Shown: positions 46,758 to 56,400 of the stretch, piece after piece
Numbering within the stretch: position 1 is the first letter of the stretch
How the letters are laid out: every line of letters starts with the position of its first letter
Source of the DNA: Clostridia bacterium
GTDB taxonomy: Bacteria; Bacillota; Clostridia; Christensenellales; Aristaeellaceae
DNA length: 64,000 nucleotides
Direction: 5' to 3'
NCBI GenBank assembly: GCA_016297535.1
Contig: JAEDGL010000001.1
Location: 1,078-65,077 of the forward strand
Translations under genes and position numbers: made by a program
Notes under the pieces: generated by a model
Told to the model about the DNA's origin: nothing
The model's database searches: none
The model's input: the letters and a program-made list of their open reading frames with translations, nothing else

Positions 46758-48344
46758 TCAGGCTTCCTGATAGTGATCCGGCAGGTCATTTTCGTACAAA
46801 ACGGTATCTCCGGGACGAACCATGGTATGCAGCAGACGCGTTGAATCATCCAGACTATCCACACGGTAAATCTGTTCGTCCGCAAACCCGGCTTCTTTCA
46901 TGCCTTCAATAATGGGTTTTGTTCTGCTTTTGCCAACGATGATGGCGATGTCTACGCAATCCTTCATGGCACGGCCGAAGTCACGGTTGTATTTCGCCTC
47001 GTCCACGCCCAGCTCAACCATGCCCGGGGTAATGATGATGCGACGTTGCGGAAAGGCTTTGAGCACATTCAACGCAGCCTTCGCGCCTATGGGGTTGGAA
47101 TTGAAGGCATCGTTGATGATGGTGAATCCGCCGGGACGGGAAATCAGCTCCAGACGGTTTTTGACAGGCTGCAGCTTGGCGATGCCGTGGGAGATCTGCT
47201 TAAGGCTCAGCCCCAGATCGCTTGCAACGGCGGAAGCCAGAAGAATGTTTTGCAAGCTGTGTTCGCCCAACAGCCTTGTCTGGCAGTCCACGCTGCCCTT
47301 TGCGTTTATGTGCAAGGTAAAGCTGCTTCCCTGGGACGAAACGCTGACGTTATCGCACCATACATCACAGGTTTGCGGGTCGCGGCCGCAGAGCACCTTT
47401 GGTTTTGCGGTTTTGTCATACAGCTGCTTGCAGATTGCGCCGTCGTTATAAAAGTACGCCCGTGATCCTTCTTGCGGAAGCGCGTCGATTAGCTCGTATT
47501 TGGTTTTGGCGATGCGCTCGATGGTTTTGAACGTTTCCAGATGCTGTGGCCCGACCGAGGTAATGATGCCGATGGTCGGCTTTACCAGACGGCACAGTTC
47601 CTTGATATCGCCCACGTGACGCGCGCCCATCTCTCCTACAAAAATCTGATGGGAAGGGGATAGGTTTTCGCGGATGGCACGAGAAACGCCCATAGGGGTA
47701 TTGAAGCTGGCAGGAGTAATCAGCGTAGGATATTTTTCGCTGAGAATGGTACCCAGTATATGCTTGACAGAGGTTTTGCCATAGCTGCCGGTTAGGCCGA
47801 TACGTACAAGCCCCGGGTTGGAAAGCAGCTTGCGCCGCGCATCGCGGAAATAGCATTCGCTGATCGCTTTTTCAACAGGCCAGGCCAGCAAGCCACTCAG
47901 GGCCACAATCAACGGCATAAAAACAGGCCAGATCAAACCAAGTGGCGCAGCCACACCCTGCGCCAGTCCCCAGCTGATAAGGAGCATTACCAAAAAATGA
48001 ACCACATACAGACGTTTTACGCGGCTTGTATAGACAAATTTCTTTTTGGCATGCCTGGCGCTGGAAAGCCTGGCAATCAGCAGACCAAGCGCCGCGCTGA
48101 GAAGCAGCTGAAGCACACCGTACACCGGGAACAATGCCGCAATCACCATCAGGCCTGCGCTTGCGCAAAGTCCCGGAAGCAGGCTATGCTTCCAGTTGCG
48201 CCGTACGGTGCGAAAAAAACCCGGAAACTGATAGCTTTCCAGCTGAAAATAATGGAAAAGCGTACGGGATGCAAAAAGACAGCAAACCACAGGAGACAGG
48301 ATGAAAAGCCATTTCATCACCGCAGATGCTTCCGCCTGGATCAT
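46758..48344 (-). CDS. murF: Mur ligase family protein, MurF-like, with N-terminal polytopic membrane domain
   Basis: ATG 48344 lies 8 nt after GGGGAGGGA. The first 165 aa or so form about 5 hydrophobic helices. Then comes the Mur-ligase central domain (GLTGSYGKTSVK) and a C-terminal domain ending ...DTVLYENDLPDHY. Confidence 0.8.
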   Translation of the reverse strand: MIQAEASAVMKWLFILSPVVCCLFASRTLFHYFQLESYQFPGFFRTVRRNWKHSLLPGLCASAGLMVIAALFPVYGVLQLLLSAALGLLIARLSSARHAKKKFVYTSRVKRLYVVHFLVMLLISWGLAQGVAAPLGLIWPVFMPLIVALSGLLAWPVEKAISECYFRDARRKLLSNPGLVRIGLTGSYGKTSVKHILGTILSEKYPTLITPASFNTPMGVSRAIRENLSPSHQIFVGEMGARHVGDIKELCRLVKPTIGIITSVGPQHLETFKTIERIAKTKYELIDALPQEGSRAYFYNDGAICKQLYDKTAKPKVLCGRDPQTCDVWCDNVSVSSQGSSFTLHINAKGSVDCQTRLLGEHSLQNILLASAVASDLGLSLKQISHGIAKLQPVKNRLELISRPGGFTIINDAFNSNPIGAKAALNVLKAFPQRRIIITPGMVELGVDEAKYNRDFGRAMKDCVDIAIIVGKSRTKPIIEGMKEAGFADEQIYRVDSLDDSTRLLHTMVRPGDTVLYENDLPDHYQEA

Positions 48345-48346
48345 GC

Positions 48347-49138
48347 TTAGTTCCCTCCCCAAAGGAAAGTGTTTACGATAACCAGAAAACGCTGCGCTTC
48401 TTCAAGAAAGGCAAAGTGGCTCCGGCCATCAAAGACTACAAGCCCCGCGTCCGGGATCTCCTTTTCCATCTGTTGTCCCATCCACAGCGGTGTTTCGGTA
48501 TCGTTGCTCCCCCAGATCAGCAGCGTCGAAGCCTTGATTTGAGGCAGCCATTGGGACAAATCCTGATGAATGACTTTGACAAAGGTTTTGCGCATTTGGG
48601 CGTTCAGCCGCTTGTAATCCGCCGAGCCGTATTTCTGAACCAACGCTTCCTGCAGCCTGTCAACCAGTTTTTTGAGAAACGGCAGCTTGCCCATAGCGTT
48701 TACAAGGGCCTTCATCCGTTTATACTGTTTCTGCCGCCTGCTCTGCTCCTGACCATCCGGCTTGCGAATGCCCGCTCCGCCTGTGATGATCATTTTATCC
48801 ACCCGTTCGGGATGATGCGAGCCAAGCCAGATTGCAACCCGCCCCCCAAAGGAGTGGGCAATCATATGCACGCGGGAAAGCCCGAGGCTGTCAAGCAATT
48901 CCAGAATCTGCTGCGCAAACTCAGCAACACCCCAGGGCTCCGCAGGCTCGCCGCTTTGTCCATGGCCGGGAAAATCCACTGCAAGCAGCGAGGCATGCTT
49001 GCCTATTTCCTGATAAAAAGCATTAAAAATAGAGCTGTCACAGCCCCAGCCGTGCAAAAACAATACCGTGGGGGCGTCCTGCTGATTGGACGGCTCAAAT
49101 CGGTAAAAGAGCTTGCAGCCCTGAATGAAAGCTTCCAA
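48347..49138 (-). CDS. alpha/beta hydrolase
   Basis: 263 aa. TTG start after GAAAGGTGG. ...VLFLHGWGCD... and nucleophile elbow IAHSFGG. Confidence 0.8.
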   Translation of the reverse strand: MEAFIQGCKLFYRFEPSNQQDAPTVLFLHGWGCDSSIFNAFYQEIGKHASLLAVDFPGHGQSGEPAEPWGVAEFAQQILELLDSLGLSRVHMIAHSFGGRVAIWLGSHHPERVDKMIITGGAGIRKPDGQEQSRRQKQYKRMKALVNAMGKLPFLKKLVDRLQEALVQKYGSADYKRLNAQMRKTFVKVIHQDLSQWLPQIKASTLLIWGSNDTETPLWMGQQMEKEIPDAGLVVFDGRSHFAFLEEAQRFLVIVNTFLWGGN

Positions 49139-49221
49139 GGAAGCACCACCTTTCCAGATGAACCCAAAATATTTTACCCTATTCTATGCAAAAAGAAAAG
49201 CCCAAACCGCACTTTTTGCGT

Positions 49222-49710
49222 TCAGGCTTTGGGAATTTCATAGATATAGCGTCTTTTGCGGTAACTGAGGCCAAATTCCGAGCGGCACCAAGCGGGAACA
49301 TTCACCGTACTTTCGAGCGTACAGCCCAGCAATTCGCAGGTGCGAATGCTTGGATAGTTGTCCTCATCCGTGGTAATGACAAAGCTGCGCATGCCCATTT
49401 CTTGCAGCAGCGGCACGCACATGCGGCAGGCGCGCAGGGCGCCGTGTCTGCCCTGAAACGGCGGATCCATGTGATAGCCAATATGTCCCAGATAAAAAAG
49501 TCCTTCCCCTTCGCCAATGCGCAGGGCAATTTCTCCGGCCGTTCGGGAGGTTTTTCGATCTACAATATCAAAAATCATGGAGCAAGCACCGTCAATCTGG
49601 CTGATGCGGTGTGCGTATTCGCGCGGAACCAGCGCAAATTCCTCGTCAGCAAACAGCGCCTCTCTGCGCTTTCCAGCACGGATAAAGGCCTTCTCAACAG
49701 CCGTTTTCAT
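49222..49710 (-). CDS. GNAT family N-acetyltransferase
   Basis: 162 aa. AGGAGGT RBS. ATGA overlap with the upstream kinase gene. ...PFQGRHGALRAC... is an acetyl-CoA-binding-like segment. Confidence 0.7.
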   Translation of the reverse strand: MKTAVEKAFIRAGKRREALFADEEFALVPREYAHRISQIDGACSMIFDIVDRKTSRTAGEIALRIGEGEGLFYLGHIGYHMDPPFQGRHGALRACRMCVPLLQEMGMRSFVITTDEDNYPSIRTCELLGCTLESTVNVPAWCRSEFGLSYRKRRYIYEIPKA

Positions 49711-50630
49711 ACCTCCTGCACCATTACCTTGGGCAAGAGCACGTCAAAATCCGCCTTGCGTACCAGCTGCGTACCGTCCGTCATCACGCTGGCTGCGCCT
49801 GCCGCAACGCCAAAACGGAAGGCCTCGGTCAGGTTTGCACCGCGCATAAGACCTGTGAGAATGCCGCCGATCATGGCGTCTCCCGCGCCCACGGTGGAGC
49901 GGGCCTCCACCCGCAAAGCCGGGGCGAACAGCGTTCTTTTTTCGTTTACAAACACGGCGCCGGTTTTACCCATGGAAACAACCACATTCTGCGCACCGTA
50001 GCTGATCAGAAACATGGCCGCGTCGCGGATTTCACGCAGCGTACGCAGCTCCTTGCGCATAATGGCCTGCATCTCGGGCAGGTTGGGTTTGATCAGATAG
50101 GGTTTTTCCTTTATGCCGTGCAGCAGCGACTCACCGGCGGTATCCAGAATGCACTTTTTCCCATCCAGCGCATGCAGGCAGCGCTGATAGGTGTTTTCCG
50201 GGCAGCCGTTTGGCAGCCTTCCACTAAGCACCACGTAATGGCTGTCAACGCTTTTTTCCTTCAAAAGCTGAATGAACTGCTGAATCTGTTCCTCGCTGAG
50301 CGAAACGCCGGGCTCGTTGAACTCGCTGACCACGTCCTGGGTATTGTCCAGCAGCTTGAGGTTGGTGCGTACCTCGCCCGGCACGCTCATATAGTCGAAG
50401 GATACGTCTTCCTTGGCAATCATGCGCAGAAAGCGGTCTGCATTCTCCTCCCCCAAACAGCCGACGCAGCGTGCTGCCTCGTTCAAACGTCTGAGCACAA
50501 TGGCCACATTGACGCCCTTGCCACCCACGTCTACCCGAACATTTTTGAGGCGTGTAACATCCCCTACGTTAATCTTATCCGTTTCCGCGGTTTTATCAAA
50601 GCAGGGATTCATGCATACCGTCGTAATCAT
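49707..50630 (-). CDS. 1-phosphofructokinase / PfkB-family hexose kinase
   Basis: 307 aa. MITTVCMNPCFDKT...GGKGVNVA... N-terminal motif and C-terminal GAGDAMIGG ATP-binding motif. Confidence 0.85.
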   Translation of the reverse strand: MITTVCMNPCFDKTAETDKINVGDVTRLKNVRVDVGGKGVNVAIVLRRLNEAARCVGCLGEENADRFLRMIAKEDVSFDYMSVPGEVRTNLKLLDNTQDVVSEFNEPGVSLSEEQIQQFIQLLKEKSVDSHYVVLSGRLPNGCPENTYQRCLHALDGKKCILDTAGESLLHGIKEKPYLIKPNLPEMQAIMRKELRTLREIRDAAMFLISYGAQNVVVSMGKTGAVFVNEKRTLFAPALRVEARSTVGAGDAMIGGILTGLMRGANLTEAFRFGVAAGAASVMTDGTQLVRKADFDVLLPKVMVQEV

Positions 50631-50651
50631 GTGTCATTCCCCTCTCGCAGG

Positions 50652-50690
50652 AATATCAAACGGGACCGATGCGGCATGCGCACCGGTCCC
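50652..50690 (-). terminator. hairpin terminator after the EF-G paralogue (moderate U-tract)
   Basis: Minus strand: GGGACCG, 15-nt loop, CGGTCCC, followed by GTTTGATATT. Confidence 0.45.
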
Positions 50691-50710
50691 ATGAAGAAGA
50701 GTAAGAAAAA

Positions 50711-52795
50711 TTATTCTTCCTCGTCGTCCTCAACCTTGGCGTTCTCAATGATCTTCTGCGCAACGTTGGCGGGAACTTCCTCGTAGCGCTCGAAGGACAT
50801 GATGAAGGAGCCGCGCGCCTGGGTCATGGAGCGCAGGTCGGTCGCGTACTTGAACATTTCAGCCTGGGGAGCCTCGGCAACCAGCTGCTGCAGGCCGTCG
50901 ACCTGATTCATACCCATGATACGGCCACGGCGCTTGTTCATATCGCCCATGACGTCGCCCATGTACTCGTCGGGAACCAGCACTTCCACATGCATGATCG
51001 GCTCAAGAAGTACGGGGCTTGCCTGAGAGCAGCCATTCTTGTACGCGATACGGGCAGCAGTCTTGAAGGCCATTTCAGAGGAGTCTACGGGGTGATAGCT
51101 GCCGTCATACAGCTTGGCATGCAGGCCGACCATGGGATAACCGGCCAGAACGCCCTTGCGAATGTTCTCGCGCAGGCCCTTTTCAACGGAGGGAATGAAG
51201 TTGCGCGGAACCACGCCACCCACAACGGCATCCTCAAACTCGAAATCAATGCCGGTGTCGCCGATGGGAGAAAACTCGATCCACACATCGCCAAACTGGC
51301 CATGACCGCCGGACTGCTTCTTATGACGGCCCTGAACCTTGACGGTTTTCTTGATGGTTTCACGGTATGGAATACGGGGATCCTGCAGGTTGGCCTGAGC
51401 GCCGAACTTGGCAGCCAGCTTGTTGCGGATAACATCCAGATGCAGCTCGCCCTGGCCGGAAAGCAGAGTTTCGGTGGTTTCCACGTTCTTTTCGATCCTG
51501 ATGGAGGGATCCTCTTCCATCAAACGGGCCAGGCCGCTGAAGACCTTGTCCTCTTCGCCCTGCTTGGCGGCGAATACAGCCTTGCTGATGCAGGGAATGG
51601 GATACTCGATGGCCGGGTACTTGATGGGCTTGGCAGCATCGCACAGGGTATCGCCGGTGTTGGTATACTGCAGCTTGGCCAGAGCGCCCATATCGCCTGC
51701 GGAAAGCTGCTGGGTGTTGATCTGCTTTTTGCCGCGCAGCACATACAGACCGTTGAGCTTTTCGGTTTTGTCGTTGGTGGCGTTGTAAACGCTGCCGCTG
51801 GCATTGATGGAGCCGCTCATCACCTTGAACAGGCTCAGCTTGCCAACGAACGGGTCGGCGATGGTTTTGTAAACGAAAGCGCTAAAGGGTTCCTCGGCAT
51901 TGCACTTGCGGGTTTCTTCTGCATCGTTTTTGGGGTTGACGCCGGTATAGACCTGGCGCTTGGGAGAGGGCAGGAAATCCGCCATAACGTCCAGCAGCTT
52001 GCTTACGCCAACGCCGGTCAACGCGGAAACGGGAACCACGGGGCAGATTTCGCCGTGGAACATGCCTGCCTTGAAGCCTTCCAGAATCTCGTCGTGGGTC
52101 AGCTCGCCCTCGTCGAGGTACTTCATCATCAGTTCCTCGTCCGCTCCGGCAGCGGCCTCGGTCAGCTCCTCCAGCGCGGTGGCGATATCATCAGCCATCT
52201 CGGCGGGAACGGGCACTTCCTTGGGCTGGCCCTTGTTGACGCGCTCGTAGGCCTTGTTTTCCAGCACGTTAACGATGCCCTTGTAGCTGGAGCCGGCGCC
52301 GATGGGCAGGATGATCGGAACAACGGAATTGCCGAACTTTTCGCGAAGCTCGCCTGCAACCTTCATAAAGTTGGCGTGGTCGCGGTCCATCTGGTTAACG
52401 ATAAACATCTTGGCAACGTTGTTCCTGGTCGCAAGATCCCAGGCCTTTTCGGTGCCTACGGCAATGCCGTTAACGGCGCTTACCAGGATAGCGGCGGTTT
52501 CAACCACGCGCAGGGGGCCCATGGCCTCGCCGATAAAATCGAAGTAGCCGGGTACATCGATCACGTTGATCATCTTCTGGTTCCAGTCGATGGGCGCGAC
52601 AGCCGCGCTGATGGAGATCTTTCTCTTGATTTCTTCCGCCTCAAAGTCGGTTACGGTATTGCCGTCTTCCGTGCGGCCCTGGCGGTCGATCGCTCCGGCA
52701 GCGAACAGCAGTGCCTCCATCAGCGTCGTTTTGCCTTCGCTGCCATGCCCCATGAGGGCAACGTTGCGGATGTTCTTGGTTTCGTAGCTTGCCAT
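50711..52795 (-). CDS. elongation factor G paralogue (EF-G2-like GTPase)
   Basis: ORF reaches 52897. ATG 52795 follows AAGGAGG. G1 GHGSEGKTT, G3 DVPGYFDF, and EF-G domains II-V along about 694 aa. It is not in a str operon context. Confidence 0.9.
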   Translation of the reverse strand: MASYETKNIRNVALMGHGSEGKTTLMEALLFAAGAIDRQGRTEDGNTVTDFEAEEIKRKISISAAVAPIDWNQKMINVIDVPGYFDFIGEAMGPLRVVETAAILVSAVNGIAVGTEKAWDLATRNNVAKMFIVNQMDRDHANFMKVAGELREKFGNSVVPIILPIGAGSSYKGIVNVLENKAYERVNKGQPKEVPVPAEMADDIATALEELTEAAAGADEELMMKYLDEGELTHDEILEGFKAGMFHGEICPVVPVSALTGVGVSKLLDVMADFLPSPKRQVYTGVNPKNDAEETRKCNAEEPFSAFVYKTIADPFVGKLSLFKVMSGSINASGSVYNATNDKTEKLNGLYVLRGKKQINTQQLSAGDMGALAKLQYTNTGDTLCDAAKPIKYPAIEYPIPCISKAVFAAKQGEEDKVFSGLARLMEEDPSIRIEKNVETTETLLSGQGELHLDVIRNKLAAKFGAQANLQDPRIPYRETIKKTVKVQGRHKKQSGGHGQFGDVWIEFSPIGDTGIDFEFEDAVVGGVVPRNFIPSVEKGLRENIRKGVLAGYPMVGLHAKLYDGSYHPVDSSEMAFKTAARIAYKNGCSQASPVLLEPIMHVEVLVPDEYMGDVMGDMNKRRGRIMGMNQVDGLQQLVAEAPQAEMFKYATDLRSMTQARGSFIMSFERYEEVPANVAQKIIENAKVEDDEEE

Positions 52796-52995
52796 TATAG
52801 AGTCCTCCTTGGATATAATTTTTGCATACGGCGCATTCCTCGCGGGAAGACTGTTTGTTAATGAAATAACGAAGATGAACCAACAGTACACGCCCATGCA
52901 TATAGACCGAATTGTAATCGATAGTTATTATAGCAGAAAGAAAGGCGATTGAAAAGTAGATACGTCAAAAAAACAACCATTTTGGGTAAGTCTTT

Positions 52996-53892
52996 TTAAA
53001 AGACGTACTTTTCTTTAAGATATCCTTCCAAATTACCGTGCTCGCTTACCTTGATGGAAGGAATATTCAGTCCGCTCATGCAGGCAAGCAGGATGGCAAT
53101 CCCGTGGACAACGATATCCGCGCGCTGGGGCTGCAGGCAGTCAAGCTGCAGACGATCCTCCAGAGACATGGGCGCAAGAAAATGCATGATCTCCCTGACG
53201 TTGCTTTGCGTCATGGAAAAGTGATGGATTTTTTCCCTCTGTTGCCACGGAATACGCTGTACCAGTGCTGCGCTGGTGGTAAACGTGCCTCCCACGCCCA
53301 CCCATTCGATTTCATTGCTTCGGGTGATGAAACGTTGACGAACGGGTTCCAAAATGGTTGATGCCAATGTTACAACCGCCTCCGCATCCTCGACGCTTGC
53401 AATCGGCCGCATGCGGTAAAGCCGCACGGCCCCCATCTGAAGGCTTACGGCATCATCCACCGTTCTGCCGCAGCCTCTGGCAATCTCTGTGGAGCCGCCC
53501 CCGATATCGATTAAACCGGTCGGGCGGTTTTCAGAGGCGCCCAGGAAAGAAAGAAGCGCTTCTTCTTCTCCGCTGCACACATCCAGTGCAAGTCCTGTCT
53601 TCGTCTCCAACGCCTGTATGAAGGCCTCCTGATTGGCGGCGTCGCGCACCGCGCTGGTAGCAAACAGATGCACCTTCTGCGCTCCCTGCGCAAGCGCCTG
53701 AAGTTTAAAGTTCAGCACATGCTCGCAGGCGTTTTGAATCATCTGCGCTGAAATGTTGCGGTTTTCATCCAGTGCAGCAAACACGCGCAGCCCCTCGCGA
53801 TAGCGGATGGAGTGCTGAATCCTGCCTTCCTCAATATCCGCAACCAGCATTCTGAGTGAATTGGATCCGATCCCGATGGCTGCTACTTTCAT
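52996..53892 (-). CDS. Ppx/GppA family phosphatase (exopolyphosphatase-like)
   Basis: ATG 53892 (MKVAAIGIGSNSLRMLV) lies 5 nt after GAGGTGG. ASKHA fold motifs (DIGGGSTE). Confidence 0.85.
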   Translation of the reverse strand: MKVAAIGIGSNSLRMLVADIEEGRIQHSIRYREGLRVFAALDENRNISAQMIQNACEHVLNFKLQALAQGAQKVHLFATSAVRDAANQEAFIQALETKTGLALDVCSGEEEALLSFLGASENRPTGLIDIGGGSTEIARGCGRTVDDAVSLQMGAVRLYRMRPIASVEDAEAVVTLASTILEPVRQRFITRSNEIEWVGVGGTFTTSAALVQRIPWQQREKIHHFSMTQSNVREIMHFLAPMSLEDRLQLDCLQPQRADIVVHGIAILLACMSGLNIPSIKVSEHGNLEGYLKEKYVF

Positions 53893-53949
53893 TGCGCCCA
53901 CCTCATTTGTTGACTTTGATCCTGATAAAAACAGAAATACCCTCTCCGA

Positions 53950-54270
53950 TTACGGGGAAGGTACCTCTGTTGGCATGCTGCTGTCGCCGGCATCCGAACC
54001 GGTGATCACAAAGCGGATTTCATCCGGCATCATATAGCCATATTCATTGCGCGCCTGATTCTCGACAAAAGCGTCCGTGCCTGCAGCTTTCAGCGTAGCC
54101 TCCAGCTCGGCATTTTCAGCCTGCAGCGCGGCAAGGCGCACATTGCCTGCTTCCACTGCGTTGTTCAGCTCTTCAATGGTTTCGGAAAGCTGTCTGCTGT
54201 AGCAAAAAAACGCCACCAGAACGCAGGCTATGACGGCGATTACCCACCAGATATTGACGGTTCTGCGCAT
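53950..54270 (-). CDS. divIC: septum formation initiator family protein (DivIC/FtsB-like)
   Basis: 106 aa. One TM helix, then a coiled coil (...LAALQAENAELEATL...) and ...ARNEYGYMMPDEIRF... Confidence 0.8.
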   Translation of the reverse strand: MRRTVNIWWVIAVIACVLVAFFCYSRQLSETIEELNNAVEAGNVRLAALQAENAELEATLKAAGTDAFVENQARNEYGYMMPDEIRFVITGSDAGDSSMPTEVPSP

Positions 54271-54301
54271 CCAGCATCATCCTTTCCTGTGTAGATTGAT
54301 T

Positions 54302-54613
54302 TTATTTCTTCATTCGTTTACCCAATTCCTGCCTGATTCTGAACCAGCGGATGATTTTTCCAATTCCCTGTGTGTACAGCAGTGCTCCTGTTGTCAGTCC
54401 CAGCAGATGATACAGCCTCAAAGAGGTTTCGCGACAAAAAACGATCGCGACAAGCACCGTAAGCCCCGCACTCAGCAGCACCAGCGCGTCCATCACAGGC
54501 CGCATTTTGCCCGCGATCAGGCTGATATCCAAAAAAATGGCCGTGGCAAGGCCCAGCGGAACCATGCATAAAAAGCAGCTGGCCTGCCTGCTTGTCTCAA
54601 AGAACAGCTTCAT
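54302..54613 (-). CDS. yabQ: spore cortex biosynthesis protein YabQ
   Basis: ATG 54613 overlaps the yabP stop (ATGA). About 103-aa membrane protein in the conserved yabP-yabQ-divIC order. Confidence 0.75.
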   Translation of the reverse strand: MKLFFETSRQASCFLCMVPLGLATAIFLDISLIAGKMRPVMDALVLLSAGLTVLVAIVFCRETSLRLYHLLGLTTGALLYTQGIGKIIRWFRIRQELGKRMKK

Positions 54614-54885
54614 GATCTTTTCCCAAACCGGAACAAACGCCCGGCGCTGTGCGGCTGTTCGTAATGCACGCCATCCACGCGTCCCTCTACGTCCAGCTTG
54701 CCCTCTTCCAGCACCAGCTTGCCTACATGCAATCCCTCTCCGGTAATCACCATAACGCCTGTATCCACTTTGAGCACAATCTCGTTTTCGTGAAAGCTGC
54801 ACACATCATTTACACCCGTGATCATCGCGTGCCTGCGCTGATCCAGCATAAGTTTGTGCGCTGATTTTCCCTGCATCTCCCCCAT
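54610..54885 (-). CDS. yabP: sporulation protein YabP
   Basis: ATG 54885 follows AAGGAGG. ...HKLMLDQRRHAMITGVNDVCSFHENEIVLKVDTGVMVITGEGLHV... is typical of YabP/YqfC. Confidence 0.85.
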   Translation of the reverse strand: MGEMQGKSAHKLMLDQRRHAMITGVNDVCSFHENEIVLKVDTGVMVITGEGLHVGKLVLEEGKLDVEGRVDGVHYEQPHSAGRLFRFGKRS

Positions 54886-54923
54886 ACGCCGACCTCCTTG
54901 TGCGTCTATTGTATTCGTGACGC

Positions 54924-54953
54924 ACAAAAATAGACCGCCAGCAGCTGGCGGCC
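54924..54953 (-). terminator. intrinsic terminator after proA
   Basis: Minus strand: GGCCGCCA, loop gctgc, TGGCGGTC (8 bp), followed by TATTTTTG. Confidence 0.65.
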
Positions 54954-54967
54954 GTCAAAAAGCCCGG

Positions 54968-56266
54968 TTAGGGAAGTTTGTGCGGAATCTCCTGATGGGT
55001 AAGTGATATGACGCCGCTGTTCAATTCAGCAAGCGACTGGCCGCTGCCATAGAGGCGATATTTATAGGTACAAAGCCCTTCCATCCCCATGGGGCCACGA
55101 GCGTGAAGCTTGCCGGTGGCAATGCCGACCTCGGCGCCAAAGCCAAACAGAAATCCATCCGCAAAGCGGGTGGAGCAGTTGGCAAACACGTCCGCGCTGT
55201 CTACCAGCGTCATAAAGGTGTTGATATGCTCCTGGCTGGAAGAAAGGATGCAATCGGTGTGGTGCGAGCCATAATGATTGATGTGGCTGATGGCTTCCTC
55301 CAGAGAGTTCACCACTTTAATCGAAAGGATCGCATCCAGATATTCGGTTTTCCAATCCTCATCCGTCGCTGCCCTGCAATTGATGATTTTACAGGTGCGC
55401 TCGTCGCCGCGAAGCTCCACTCCCTTTGCTTCCAGAGCCGTTTGAACCATCGGCAAAAACGCTTCGGCCATTTTCTGATGCACAAGCATCGTTTCGGCCG
55501 CATTGCACACGCTCAGGTTTTGCGTCTTGCTGTCCACAACCAGTTTGACCGCCTGGGACAAGTCGCAATTTTCATCCACATACACATGGCACAGCCCTTC
55601 CGCATGGCCAAGGACAGGGATTTCGCTGTTTTGCATGATGTAACGTACAAAGGCATTGGAACCGCGCGGGATGATCAGGTCAATCCATTCGTGCAGTCCA
55701 AGCATTTGCTGCACATCCTCGCGGGAGTGAAGCAGATTGCACCATTTTTCCGTCAATCCGCACGCAGCAGATGCTTCCATAATCAGCTGAGCCAGCACTT
55801 CATTGGTCTGCATGGCTTCATGGCCGCCCTTGAGCAGCACGGCGTTTCCGCTTTTCAGACACAGAGAAGAAATCTGCACCAGCGCGTCGGGGCGGCTTTC
55901 AAAAATTACGCCGATTACCCCAATCGGACAGGCCACACGGTACAGGTCAAGCCCGGGCGAAAGCTCCCTGGCATACTGCACATGCCCCAGAGGATCAGGC
56001 AGGAGCGCAAGCGAGCGCAGCCCCTCCGACATACGGGCGCACTTGGCCTGCGTCAGCTTAAGCCGGCTTAGCAGCGGCGCACTCAGACCTTCCTGGGTGG
56101 CTTTTGCCACATCAAGCGCATTTGCCTGCAAAATTTTCTCCTGACATTGTTCCAGGCGGTCGGCAATGGCAAGCAATACGGCATTACGCTGTTCGAGAGA
56201 GGCGGACGCAAGTTTCAAAGCCGCTTCGCGCGCCTCTTTGGCCATATCAAGGATGGTGATGCTCAT
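54968..56266 (-). CDS. proA: glutamate-5-semialdehyde dehydrogenase
   Basis: ORF reaches GTG 56275. ATG 56266 lies 8 nt after AGGAG. Catalytic region ...VCNAAETMLVH... Confidence 0.95.
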   Translation of the reverse strand: MSITILDMAKEAREAALKLASASLEQRNAVLLAIADRLEQCQEKILQANALDVAKATQEGLSAPLLSRLKLTQAKCARMSEGLRSLALLPDPLGHVQYARELSPGLDLYRVACPIGVIGVIFESRPDALVQISSLCLKSGNAVLLKGGHEAMQTNEVLAQLIMEASAACGLTEKWCNLLHSREDVQQMLGLHEWIDLIIPRGSNAFVRYIMQNSEIPVLGHAEGLCHVYVDENCDLSQAVKLVVDSKTQNLSVCNAAETMLVHQKMAEAFLPMVQTALEAKGVELRGDERTCKIINCRAATDEDWKTEYLDAILSIKVVNSLEEAISHINHYGSHHTDCILSSSQEHINTFMTLVDSADVFANCSTRFADGFLFGFGAEVGIATGKLHARGPMGMEGLCTYKYRLYGSGQSLAELNSGVISLTHQEIPHKLP

Positions 56267-56400
56267 CTGGCTCACTCCTGTCCAGTAACGTGATGTTTTA
56301 TTATAGGGCAGTTTGAATCGATTGGCAAGGCTTGCGTTTTTCCGTATTTCCGTGCTATAATAATACGGTATGCGAACAACCCGCGAAAGGAGGTTTCCCC

